A stretch of DNA of 64,000 bases. Source: Macrostomum hystrix (lineage: Eukaryota; Animalia; Platyhelminthes). Where the stretch lies: NCBI GenBank assembly GCA_950097015.1, contig CATNEN010000030.1, forward strand, positions 558,001 to 622,000. The letters run 5' to 3'. Positions 10,520 to 22,945 of the stretch are shown here, one piece after another. A program made the position numbers and the translations under genes. The notes beneath the pieces are model-generated. The model saw nothing but the letters and a program-made list of their open reading frames with translations, was not told where the DNA came from and ran no database searches. The first letter of the stretch is position 1; the number at the start of each line of letters is the position of its first letter.

Positions 10520-13158
10520 TTAATGTCGCAATCGCGCCTCGCAATCGCCTATGCCGCCATTCATGACAGCCAGGCTGCTTATGAGAGCGAACATGCCCAG
10601 CGAAGGACCGACAGCGCAGAGGAGCAGCAGGCGGTCGATCGCTGAGCCGATCGCAATCCACTCCAGCCTGGAGTCCTGGTCCTCATGACATTTCAGAGTT
10701 GGCTTGGAAACCGAGTCAGAGCTGGCAGTCTCACTGCGCCTGTCACAGTTGATCACCTGTAATCGGAATCAGCGTAGGGATGGCCATTTTTTAATCACAT
10801 CTGGATGAAAGGTGATTCGCTGGCGGAATGCTAAACAGGCCTGTTTGTGTGACGTAGTTTAGTGTGAAGAAACAAAATTCAAACGTTTGTCTTACAACTG
10901 ACGCCCTGAAACCGCACAGGCGGTTGAGAAACAGCAGCCTCAGTGCGCGGTTGCCCACAGGCTTCTCCGATGCAGCTCTCCTGTAGCACATCAGCACAAT
11001 GATGCTGCCCACTGTGCTCAGAGCTGTCACCGCCATGGCCACCGTGAAGTACCAGGCTGGAGAGTGATTGCACACGGTGCTAGCTGTACACACTCAGCAC
11101 TGACTGCTGGCTAATGAACATGCGAGCTAAGCTCAACACATTGAGACTTACTGAGCACAGGCACGGACTCGCTCTGAGCAGGAGTGATGCTGCCAGCCAG
11201 CTGCAGGAACACACTCATTGACAGCAGAATGGCCACATTCAGAGCCAGCCTGTCGCCCGAGTCCGGCGGAATGAGAAACCCGAAGATGCAGGTGACGAGG
11301 ATGAGAGCGCTCGGGACGATGAGCACAGTGACGTAGTAGAGAGGCCTTCTCTGCAATGGGAGTCGGTATGAGGGGCTCCGTTTCTCACCAAAGTGGTGGT
11401 TTTTGCAGCGAGCAACGGAACCGATGTCCCTGGCTGCAGCTACTTGTAATAAAACAGATTTGACAGGTTGCAGGTCTCACCCTGAAGTGGATGGCAACAT
11501 ACGCCTGCTCTTTTTCGCTTTTCCTGTCGACACCAGTTTCCACAGCGATGATGCAGAACTCATTATTGTTAGAGAAAGGCACAAGGTGACCATAGAGAGA
11601 TCGTTGCACAGCGCTGATTCTTTGATGCTTGATACTTCTCATCGAGTTGAAGTAGACCCGGCAATGCTGAGTGTCGAATGGGAAGTCCCTCAGGGCCATG
11701 CTGCACTTGGTAGTGATGCCATAAGCCAGGTTGAGCTGCACTGAGCCGTTCGCTTGTACCTCGGCGAGCTGCTTGCTTATCTCGAAGGTGCGGAGCTCCG
11801 CGCTGAATACGAATGGATATACAATGTTGTAAGTAACAATGTCACTAATGAGAGATCAACGAAGTAGCTCAAAACCTACGGGTTTCTGACCCGGATATCC
11901 GGCACCCAGATCCAGTCCATTGGCAGGAAGATCTCGCTAATCTGGGATAGAGCTGCATCGCCGGACTTGTCCCAGGCCAGCCTTTTGTCGGTCCATTGCT
12001 TGGTGTAAGCGTTTATGAGGAATTTAATAGCCGTTGAGTGTTGAGTAAGATTAAGAGTTACGAGTTACGAGCGTACACACTTGAGTTTGTACTCAAGAGT
12101 CCACCAAATCCACTAACATTGGGACTGAAATCGAAGCCGACTTGCAAACTGTTCCGTCGAACCCAAACCTGTTTCATTAGTCAAGTACAACTTTATTATT
12201 CATTCTGTGGCGTAGAATAGTAAACTAGGCGACCTATCACCCTTGGGGCGATCAGATGCCTCTGAAGCTCGTGACTTTGCTCATAACTAATCTCAAGATT
12301 CAATTGTTGAGTTAGGATTTGAGTCCTAACTGGTCGGTCATCCTGCTGTTCGGCGTCGAAGCTACCTCGAACGCTTAGCTTAGGCTTAGGCTTAGGCTGT
12401 CTTACAGTCTCACCTTGATGAGGTGGGCTTGCATACAGACATCAGTGTCACTCTAAGCCTCAGATGCAGTGGCAATCAGAACCCGCTAGCGATGAACCAA
12501 CTGAATCAGCCAAGCCACCGGCTGCGCCGTTGCCAAGGATAAACCGATAACCTGAATGGTAACTTCTGACGCTGACCTGCAGGTCTTCTCACTAATTTGC
12601 CCCGTAGTCCGCTGCGACCTGCCACTCCCAAATGTACTACGAGATCTTAAGCGCTAGGGACATGTCATTTGCGTTGTAATTCGAGCTGCATACACGGCTC
12701 GTTTAACAATTACGAATAACAATTATGACACATGCCACCAAAGTATTGATTACTGATGGCTTTCTTGATTTTAGAACCGAAAGCACTGACTCACAAAGAT
12801 TATCCAGCTCTCTATTGAAATCAATTGTTTTACAGCGATCTGAAACGTAGCGAGAGTGGGTAGGCAGGTGAAATGTGGTTAAATTTCAGCGAAAAACAGC
12901 ATAGCTTTAGCTCACCACTTCAATCAGCTGGGTGACGATGCAGTCCAATGTGATATGATTAGCTCTGCCATTGTCAGGTGGCGGAGCTACACCCTTGGAG
13001 TAGTGAGTGGTCAGGTTCAACCAGCGGGTCACCAGCTCGTCTGGGGAGACCGCTGCGGCAGGAGCCGTCTGGCAGCGCGCAGAGAGCGGCTTGAGAAGCA
13101 GCAGCAGCAGCAGCAGTAGTGACAGAAGGCGGAGCATGCTTGTGCCCTGTGTCCGCAT
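10520..13158 (-). CDS. Divergent nicotinic-like Cys-loop ligand-gated ion channel subunit, copy A (~440 aa)
   Basis: Exons 13158-12916 (signal peptide), candidate 12452-12414 (least certain), 11998-11880 (QWTDKRLAW...WIWVPDI), 11802-11481 (Cys-loop CSMALRDFPFDTQHC), 11350-11152 (RRPLYY, M1, M2), 11056-10896 (M3) and 10756-10520 (EW...DRL, M4). All GT-AG and phase-compatible. Confidence 0.85.
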
Positions 13159-14006
13159 GCCGTGAACGTAGATAGTAGTTTGCATATATTAGATGGCTTT
13201 GGGTTGAGTATGACCAACAGAACGTAGTTAGCAAACACATCCTTGGACGTTGGCACACAAACGCGGAAATCGCAGAGTAAACACTAACTAGATTGACCGT
13301 GAGTATTTGTGCATGGTAAGCTCTGCAATAAACCTGGAGTATCAGAAACTGCCCCCCTCATTCTCATCTAATTCTGGGGTGGAATGATTATATCCAGCTC
13401 ACGATCCTTAGTCTCGCTTCACACCACGAATTCACATGTTTCACATGATTGCTAATGCATCAGCAATCAATTTAACAGACACGTTCGACGCGACTAGCAT
13501 ACCTCCCCAACCATTTCTGACGAGAAACTATATTAAATAAACGATTGACTAACCTTCTCGACTTCTCAAAGCGAAGGCTTGCGAGATGCGAGTATGCGAG
13601 AGCGGAGTATGCGAGAGACATTGCTAGCGCTGCTTCTCAGCATTTTGTGGTTGGTGGGCATTTAAAATACCTTAATGATCGATAACTTTTTTCTGTCCAC
13701 CCGACTATTTAAAAACTTTAGCGCTGAATTTATTACATATTAATTTATGATTGTGTCTTTTTTAATCAAAAACTGTCGAACACATGCAGAGATATTAGGA
13801 GTGTCTAAGAACTTTTTGGACGCACATAAGCTGCGCTCTCGAGTATCCTAAATTTTATTTTTAAAAGTTGAAGTCCATGACAGGAAAAAGGCAAAATTTT
13901 ATGCTCTCAAACACTTTACAAGCGTAATTTTGTCATCGATTGACTCAAAATTCCACGGTTTCCGAAGCCAAACGTTATCAGAAAATGTTTGCGCGTGAAT
14001 CGGGAC

Positions 14007-16263
14007 TCAACATGCGCTGAATCCGCCTTTCATAGCTGAGCCTATAAGGCACAGCGCAACAGCTACAGTCAAGCAGATAGCTACTGTGACAAGAAGCCAG
14101 TCCAGCACCCGCCCAATATGGCGCCACTCGTTGCAGTGATCCTGAAAATCGACACACACGATTTACTGGCTTAATAAAAGCAAGTTCAGATGAAATGAAG
14201 TTTCGCTATAAAAAGCTGCCTGACCTCGACTTTGGCCCAGCCGCACAGGCGGTTGAGAAACAGCAGCCTCAGTGCGCGGTTGCTCACAGGCTGCTCCGAT
14301 GCAGCTCTCCTGTAGCACATCAGCACAATGATGCTGCCCACTGTGCTCAGAGCTGTCACCGCCATGGCCACCGTGAAGTACCAGGCTGGAGAGTGATTGC
14401 ACACGGTGCTAGCTGTACAGACTCAGCACTGACTGCTGGCTAATGAACATGCGAGCTAAGCTCAACATTGAGACTCACTGAGCACAGGCACGGACTCGCT
14501 CTGAGCAGGAGTGATGCTGCCAGCCAGCTGCAGGAACACACTCATTGACAGCAGAATGGCCACATTCAGAGCCAGCCTGTCGCCCGAGTCCGGCGGAATG
14601 AGAAACCCGAAGATGCAGGTGACGAGGATGAGAGCGCTCGGGACGATGAGCACAGTGACGTAGTAGAGAGGCCTTCTCTGCAGTGGGAGTCAGGTGTAGT
14701 GATAACTTACACAGCACAACAGCTGTCTGTACAGCTGACAGTGACAGTGGCTGTCACCACTGTGTCTGTCCGGTACAGTACATACCTGAAATTTAACCTG
14801 CAATAAAATCTTCTTGAACTCTGGAAACGTGATTGAGAATTTCTCTACAGTTAGCGAGATGTTTGTCGTGCAGAACTCGTTGTCCCGACTGTTAAGCTCA
14901 TCGTAGTATACTCTCGGTGGCCCGCCCAGCTCCAGCTGAAGGAATTTCTGCTTCTTCACTGTGGAGGAAAAGTTGATTTCGCATTGTTGAGAATCGAATG
15001 GGAAGTCTCCGAGCTTCACTGGGCACTTGCTGACTAGGCCGTATGGCATCTCAATGTGCACCGCTCCAGTCGAGGTCACCGATGCAAGGAATTTGTCCTT
15101 GTCAAATATCCGGATATCAACCCTGTGCGAATTTACATCAGGTTATGGGACAGTAAGACTTATAAGATTGTTGCCAGGTGAGCTTCGAGGTCACTCACGG
15201 GTGGTTGAGTGTCACGTCGGGTATCCACAGCATGTCAATGGGCACAAATACCTCGTCCACCGCCGCCAGGCTGGTGTCGCTGGTGTCGTTCCAGGCGAGG
15301 CGGGCGTCAAGCCAGTCCTGCAGGTGTTTCGCGGGGTTTGTGATCTTCTGAGTTCCTAGTAATTTTTGTCCCGGTAATGCAGCGTTTCACCACGTCTGAG
15401 AGGCAGTGAGACCAGTCAGTCAGGTCACATAAATCTTACCATAACGAACCAGAGGTCCAACGATATCTCCTGCTTAACAATGTCCTGAAATGATTTTCGT
15501 CATTGATTAATGAAATGTACCTGTGAGGTAGCCATCCAAGAGTTAGCATTAGCACTATAACTGTGAATGGACTGATCGGCTACCTGCCCATCCGTAATCC
15601 TCACCTACCTACCAATCCGCTAATCCTCACCTACCTACCAATCCGCTAATCCTCACCTACCTACCAATCCGCTAATCCTCACCTACCTACCAATCCGCTA
15701 ATCCTCACCTACCTACCAATCCGCTAATCCTCATGGATCGGCTACCTGTCCATCCGCTAATCCTCACTGATCGGCTACCTACCAATCCGCAAATCCTCAC
15801 CTACCTACCAATCCGCTAATCCTCACCTATCTACCAATCCACTAATCCTCACCTACCTACCAATCCGCTAATCCTCACTGATCGGCTACCTACCAATCCG
15901 CTAATCCTCACTGATCGGCTACCTACCAATCCGCTAATCCTCACTGATCGGCTACCTACCAATCCGCTAATCCTCACTGATCGGCTACCTACCAATCCGC
16001 TAATCCTCACTGATCGGCTACCTACCAATCCGCTAATCCTCACGATGAGGATGTTAAATTTCACAATGTTGGCAGTTCCATTGTCAGGAGGAGGCGCGGC
16101 GCCTTTAAAGTAGCCACCATTGACGATCTTCAGCAGCTGGAGGATTTTCTCGTCGTTGGATATCCGGGCTTGCTGACCAGAGCTTGTGTCCGGATGCGCA
16201 TAGCAATAGATTGAGTATAATGGCCGTGGCTTGGAAGAATCTGATCGCATTTAGATGGGCCAT
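14007..16263 (-). CDS. Divergent Cys-loop channel subunit, copy B; signal peptide out of frame (frameshifted allele, pseudogene or assembly indel)
   Basis: Exons 16263-16026, 15484-15440 (DIVKQEISLDLWFVM), 15317-15199, 15122-14786 (CPVKLGDFPFDSQQC), 14677-14479, 14385-14225 and 14141-14007 (DHCNEWRHIGRVLDWLL...SAC*). ATG 16263 gives MAHLNAIRFFQATAIILNLLLCASG but is one base out of frame with the mature domain near 16180-16190. Confidence 0.8.
15577..16043. repeat. Minisatellite (33-bp and 26-bp units) made from the exon 1 end plus splice donor of copy B
   Basis: Minus-strand unit GTGAGGATTAGCGGATTG|GTAGGTAGCCGATCA repeats the last 18 exon bases and the donor. Confidence 0.92.
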
Positions 16264-16499
16264 GGGTTGGCACAGTTGATCTGACAGTACTCACAGTACG
16301 ATCACTGCATGGAAGGTTTTTATTGTATTCTCAGTCCCGCAAATGCTCCGGTAAACACAGACAGCCCGAGCACTACCATATGGAAACACATTGGAGGGTA
16401 GGAATTGGTCCCCAAACTGACAGTCCATGCCGGACTCATCAACTAACTAATGACTTTCTGACTGATGAAAATAAGGCTTTGAATTGTGGGCTGACAAAC

Positions 16500-17540
16500 G
16501 CTAGGTTAGGGTATTTTTGTAAGTGATGCATCGGACAGAACGTATCTTTTTGCATTGTAGACAACTGCTAGTTGTCTATGGTAAAAGATGTGTGTCATTC
16601 CGGCAGGCAGTTTAATCCCAAGGACCACTAGAAGAAGGACGGGCACTTCGTTTCTTGTAAAATTTATGAAAGTTTGATAACTTTTTATTGGAAGCAGATC
16701 CAACACTTTTCTTTTAAAATAACTTGCAAACATGTTGCTTCAACGAATTTTAAAAAGCTTTATTTATGGATAACTGATGTTCATTTTATTTTCGCTTATT
16801 TATCATGAAGCACAATAGCCAGTCAATAGCTATCTCGCAACAAAATCAACTTTACAGTCCCTTTCTGATCAAGTACAAGCGTATTACGAGAACTATGAAG
16901 AACTTTTTATAAAAGAATCAGTAGGCCTTATAAGCAAATGTTAATGCAATGATGATGCAACGATGCAATGTTGAAAGAACAGCACGGGATCTGCTTCTAA
17001 TAAATATTATAGTTATCAGCATTTAGATGTGAAAAACGTTCTTATCTTGCTAGTGAATTTTTCCGTGAAAATCATCAGCCTTGAATAAATTTTCCAAGCA
17101 TCGAAGTGTCTCGTCCTTCTTCTTCTAGTGGTATTGGCACTATCTTGCTCGACAGTTTCATTTATTTGATGCATGTCTTGTCTCTATAAATCAACATAGA
17201 ACAAGGTTCAGCAGTTAGTTCGCTTGACAAAACCTGCATATAAAGTCAAGAGAGGATTTTAGTCAGGAGCTTTCAGCAGCGCCTGCACATGTTCTAATGC
17301 CATCTTCGACGAATGGTCACCGTTCACTTCCGTTCACTGCGGCCAGTCATTTCTTACCTATCTTCGAATGCTTCACAACGATCTTGGCCTTTAAATCTAG
17401 GCAGAGCGCAACTCTTCTGTCGCCTCCGTTGATAGCGTCGATTATCGATTGGTGTTTTTCGTCGCTATTCGTTGCATATTGCACAGGTGGCGTTCCGGCA
17501 TCTTCGGCAGCGGTTCCGTCGATGTCTTCAAACATGGTTG
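16500..17540 (-). mobile_element. Possible highly decayed pogo/Tigger-like transposase remnant
   Basis: The fragment RRVALCLDLKAKIV resembles an N-terminal psq/CENP-B helix-turn-helix, and PVLLLV...LPAGMTH resembles a DDE_1 motif. Many stops; similarity is weak and judged by eye only. Confidence 0.3.
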
Positions 17541-17809
17541 AATCAAATTGATTAAGTAGTAGTGTCTACAAACTTGCAAAATGCGATATGAGGCTTGCAA
17601 ATGAAATTGGATTCACAAACAATGTGGGTGCGAAAATTTAATTTGTTAGCTAGAAACAATTTATATAATCATTAGATTTAGCTTACAAAAAAATTTAAAC
17701 AAAATTGAGTGAACTTCTAAAAGTGCCGCTTGTACTTGTTTTTCATGAAATTTTCTTTAAACTCGGACGGACGAAATACGACTTCTATTTCGCAATGCCG
17801 TGACTATAA

Positions 17810-19511
17810 TCAACAATTGCCGAAGTTGCTTCTTCGGCACAACACAACACTAGCACACGAGAGGCCGACAGCGCAAACCAGCAGCAGGCGGTCCAGAACA
17901 ATGCCAACACGGCGCCACTCACAGCCGGGCTCGTTGGAGTCGACACGAACACTTTTCAGGCTGCTGGAGTGAGGAGCCATAGGCAGGTTTGGTGAGACCA
18001 AAGTTGGTGAGCTCTATGTTGGTGAGGCTCTTGCAGCCGGGAATATTAACAAACATGGCTTATTGAAATTGCGCATAAAGCGTGGGATTCCACAAAGACC
18101 GAAATTCCACAAAGGCGGAATGAGAAATCCGAAGATGCAGGTGACCAGGATGAGAGCGCTCGGGATGATGAGCACAGTGACGTAGTAGAGAGGCCTTCTC
18201 TGCAGTTGGAGTCAACGGCGAGAGGCTTTTATGCTGTGCATTGCTATGTGTATATTAGCATGTTCATATCAAGCTATCTAATGCCAACCTTAAAGTTGAA
18301 TTTGACAAGAACTTTCTGGTAGAGTTCAGAATAGAATACTTGACTTCCCAGGATAGATGAGGCATCTTGAATGCAGAACTCATTGTTGCGATTTTTTCCG
18401 ACATCTTTTTCTGAGCTTCGTCCTGCACCTGCAGGTGCATTTGGACCTGCGATTTCACAGCTGATGAAAAGCTAACGGTGCACTGCTGAGTATCGAAGGG
18501 AAAGTACTGCAGGTCCATGATGCACTGGCTGGTTACGCCATAGCGAAGGCCGATTCGGACGTAGCCGCTTGAGTTCACGGACGCCAGCAACTTGCTGCTC
18601 TCAAAGTTTCTCACTTCAACTTTGCGTGATTTAAGTGGGTGTCACTATTATCTATTTAGACTAAAATGTCATTAGGTATTTCGGTAGCAACCCTCACGGG
18701 TGGTTCTGTGTCAAGTCGGGCACCCAGATCCAATCCAATGGCACGAAGAGAATCATTCCATGCGAGGCGCGAGTCAGTCCACATCTGCGACAGTTTTTTT
18801 AGTAAGCGACCAATATTTAATTGTCATGTGCGAGCAGCAACATCTGCGCCTCTTCATTTGAAAGCTTTCGACGGAAAATCAAGTAAATACTTACAGAAAT
18901 CCCACTGCGACTTACCATCATAAACCAAAGATCTATTGACACCTGCTGTAAAACAATGTCCTGGAACAGAAGTAGGGACACGTGTTTGAGCTTCCTTGGC
19001 TTATATACTCGTATTAATAAGAATATACTGGAGGGCTGCTGGCATATCATTTGGTGACACTAGACACGCAGCCAGTGAGGAGGCGTGCCCATTTCGCTGA
19101 ACTCCTGAGCACACACGCACACAGATACCGAACGCAGGCACACACTCACTAAGTTTTGTACATCTGCCCTGACTTTCTCATCGTCCAGCAGTGTATAGTT
19201 ATACCGCTCTGCCACTCAGCCCCTGCTTCCTTCGCTTAGATAGAAAAATCGCATTAAGTCCCATCATTCCGCGAATCAAAATAAGCACTTACCACGCGAC
19301 TTCGTTTTAAAAACAATATTTTTACATCCACATTGTTCGCAGTTGCATTGTCTGGTGGAGGTGAAGCGCCCGTGCAGTAGCTGGTGGTGATATTCAGCAG
19401 CTGAATGATCTTCTCCTGGTTGGACATTCGCGCCTGCTGGGCTGAGCAGGTGATCTCAAGAAACTGCAGCAGCAAGTGCAGGGCTGCAAGGGGCTGCAGT
19501 CTGCCCCACAT
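17810..19511 (-). pseudogene. Cys-loop channel pseudogene, copy C
   Basis: Exons 19511-19293, 18960-18916, 18784-18698 (87 nt versus 119 nt in paralogs, a 32-nt frameshifting deletion), 18621-18289 (acceptor reads CAA; 1-nt deletion in an A-run near 18395), 18199-18114 (M1 only, breaks after FLIPP) and an M4 relic at 17810-18001. M2 and M3 are absent. Confidence 0.9.
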
Positions 19512-20237
19512 AGTCAGAATGTTTGCGATACAGGAGAGCCCCATCGGGAGTTTTAAAATTGTCATTTGCTGGCTCCGGTTTGACGTAAATTGCCTGCATT
19601 TATGTGCACGGTTTGACTGGGTAATCATTGAGCAGCATTTGCTCACGCAGACCTTCGGTCAATAACTTCTGTCAATATAGCCGACGGTACTGGACTCAAA
19701 TATTTATGGCAGCGCTTCGGCAGATTTTAATTCCCTTCACTAGATTAATGAGCCTGACAGACCGCAATCTGATTGAGTCCGATACCGAACTTAATTTGGA
19801 GAGAATAATACACGCAAAAAGGCATGTATGTGAGGTGAGAAAAAGGTGAGAAAAAGGTGAGAAAAGTGCTCGAATGCAGAGCATGGACCACTAGTAGTTG
19901 GTTTCAATTTTTTATTAATGGGTAGTCAATGCTGGTACCCATTCTACAGCTGCGTGAACTGAAGCGATGGAATACAAGAGCTGTGTACGCCCTTGAAGCG
20001 ATTAAAGACAAGGACACATAAAGAGTTATGCTCTTTGAAGCTCTAACAACTTGGGCTAAAAGTCAAGTAATAATAGTATTAAAAATATTTCCAGTACTGC
20101 CCATAAAAAAATCGATCCTACAAAATATTGAATAATGTTAGTTCGTATCTAAATTTTCTCCCAGTCAAAAAGCACTCGGGAAACACGAATTCACGAGTAG
20201 TAATAGACAATGGCATCCACTTTGGCTTGGGCTTATT

Positions 20238-22190
20238 TCAGCAGCTCGAAACCCCGTTCTTAATGGGCACAATGATCAGGAGCAGGACAGCGGCTGAGGC
20301 CAAGCACAGGGCGCAGCCGGCCAGGAGCCGATCCACCAGTGAGCCGACCCGGCGCCACTCGCCTCCTTCATCTTCGCCGCCCGACCTGCCGCACAGCCGG
20401 TTGAGAAATAACAGTCTCAACAAGCGGTTCCTCACGATTTCCTGCGATGCAGACTTCTTGTGGCACAGCAGCACAATGACGCTGTTCACAGTGCACAGGG
20501 TTGTGACTGCCATTGCCATCGTAAAGTACCAGGCTGAAAATTTGTGCAGTTTCTTGGAGAATTAAATACCAAGCACAATAATGCCAATGCTTATCGAATG
20601 ATTCCTTATCTGAAACTCACTGAGCACAGGTACAGACAAACTCTGAGCAGGAGTGATGCTGCCAGCCAGCTGCAGGAACACACTCATTGACAGCAGAATG
20701 GCCACATTCAGAGCCAGCCTGTCGCCCGAGTCCGGTGGAATGAGAAACCCAAAGATGCAGATGACGAGGATGAGAGCGCTCGGGATGATGAGCACAGTGA
20801 CGTAGTAGAGAGGCCTTCTCTGCAATGGGAGTCAGGAGTCACAGTCACTATGGCTTTTTGGCTTACCTTTTTTTGCGGCAGGCCCAACTGCGGATGGCTA
20901 ATTGTGTCGTTAAGTGCTCATACCTTGAAAGTTATCGTCACATCGACTGACTTGTAGTTATCGCATAAGTTAGAATCAATCACTGTGATTTCCTTAGTGC
21001 AAAATTCGTTGTCTTCTTTGTTGAATTCTTCTAAATTAGTTTTATTTCCTAGGTCCACATTCACTCGCAGGTGTTCTTCTGTCTTTACGGCAGATGAGAA
21101 TCTTATTTTACACGTCTGCGTGTCAAACGGGAATTCCATCAGCTTCATTGAGCACTTTGCGGTCACTCCGTATGGCGTGCCGAACAGTACGGTACCGTTC
21201 GAGTGCACAATTGACAGCAGTTTATTGCTCTCGAAATTCCGAATTTCGACTCTGTTGTTTAATTTTGAAAAAAGTCAACGACTTGACAGGTTTTTGTACC
21301 GTCTCTGTACTCAATGACAACTCAATACTTAGCACTGCTCAAATGGGCTCTTACGGGTGGTCTACGGTCAAGTCAGGCATCCAAAGCCAGTCATTCGGCA
21401 GGAATATCTTCTCAACTAAGGCGAGGCTGGGGTCCTTAGTGCCATTCCAGGCAAGGCGCCTGTCAATCCACTTCTGAAATTTCGCAATGAGATTTATTTT
21501 CGACTGGGGTTCTTTGGATGTGAATGCTCCTATCAGAATTTTGTGCATTGTAGTGTGGTTTTAAAAGTGCTTAAAATGTGCTTCGCTTTTAGTCCTTTTC
21601 AGTTCAGTCTCGCTTAATCATTCATTATCCTAATTGCCTGTAACTTTAGGAGGCCAAGGTTGATGTTGTGTACCGAAATTTGATAGTCAGCTGGTGTTTA
21701 TATTTGTTCTTGTTTTTAAACTCAAGAATGAATACACTATTCAGGCAGTGATTTTGAATAGTGCACAATGACGTTTTACAATTACGAGTAGATAAGTTAT
21801 ACATTGAAGCCATCCTTACCATGGTGAACCAGAAATCCAATGATACTTGCTGCTTCACGACATCCTAAAGGACATTTATAATTTACGCATATGCATTTTA
21901 GCTTAACTGAAAATCAAATCAGCAAGTAAAACCAATTGACTAACCACAGCGCTAAGCTTTGTAACAATAACATTCACAGTCACCGTGTTGGCTGTTCCAT
22001 TGTCTGGTGGTGGCGAGGCACCCTTGCAATAGCCCGTTGTGAGATTCAGCAGCTGGATGATTCTCTCCTGGTTGGAAATCACGGCCTGTTGCTCATTAGC
22101 CATGCAGGGGTTTCCATGCAGTGCCTGCAGCAGCAGCAGCAGCACCTGCAGGGTGGCCGCCATCGGTATAACAATCAGCTTTGGTCGCAT
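20238..22190 (-). CDS. Divergent Cys-loop channel subunit, copy D (~410 aa, intact, 6 exons)
   Basis: Exons 22190-21945, 21864-21820, 21473-21355, 21251-20924 (CSMKLMEFPFDTQTC), 20819-20621 and 20533-20238 (M3 to M4 with no intron). All junctions GT-AG and in phase. Confidence 0.92.
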
Positions 22191-22520
22191 TAGCCAGCCA
22201 GACTAATGTAATAGTATCAGCTCGCTCTATGGTGACCAAAACTGAGCTGCGTATGTCGTATTTAAGGAGTCTAAAATGAGTTCATCTGACTTCGTGTGTT
22301 TGCACAATAGCCAGGTATGTTTGCGTGCGTTTGCAGATTGGCTCTATGCGAGTGATTTGGATCAGGGCTATTTGGATTGTTTATTGGTAGCAGTGGATTG
22401 CAGGACATCAAGAAGGAGGGCATATGCAATAATCAATGCATGGAGCCATTGGATATTGGGTTTAACAGTGGGGTGAGGGTCGGGTATGGCTGGCAGCCAA
22501 TACTGGTAACAATAGCATTC

Positions 22521-22945
22521 CCCAGTGCAAAGCCACTGGCCGGTCTCTCCTCCTATCCCTGCAGTGTTAGCCTTCCCCAGTGCAAAGACATTGGTCGGTC
22601 TCTCCTCCTATCCCTGCAGTGTTAGACGTCCCCAGTGCAAAGACACTGGCCGGTCTCTCCTCCTATCCCTGCAGTGTTAGCCGTCCCCAGTGCAAAGCCA
22701 TTGGCCGGTCTCTCCTCCTATCCCTGCAGTGTTAGCCGTCCCCAGTGCAAAGGCATTGGCCGGTCTCTCCTCCTATCCCTGCAGTGTTAGCCGTCTTCTA
22801 AGACTTCTAAAACTGGCTGTAGTAAACATAAAAAGAAGCACACCAGCCGACGCGGAAACGGCGCCAACGGCAAGCAGTCGGTCGATGCTGCGGCCAATTT
22901 GACGCCACCCAGTGCAAAGACATTGGCCGGTCTTTCCTCCCCACT
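22521..22945. repeat. 55-bp minisatellite interrupted by an M4-exon relic of the channel family
   Basis: Five units start at 22521, 22576, 22631, 22686 and 22741. They are followed by 22796-22907 (minus strand WRQIGRSIDRLLAVGAVSASAGVLLF, near-identical to copy E M4) and a partial unit at 22908. Confidence 0.85.

Noticed and set aside
12376-12397. (TTAGGC)3 telomere-like run
   Set aside because: Only three copies within an intron; compatible with chance slippage.
17810-19511. Copy C as a soluble AChBP-like or single-TM decoy receptor
   Set aside because: The frameshift in exon 3 and the dead exon 4 acceptor destroy the extracellular domain before any such product could be made.
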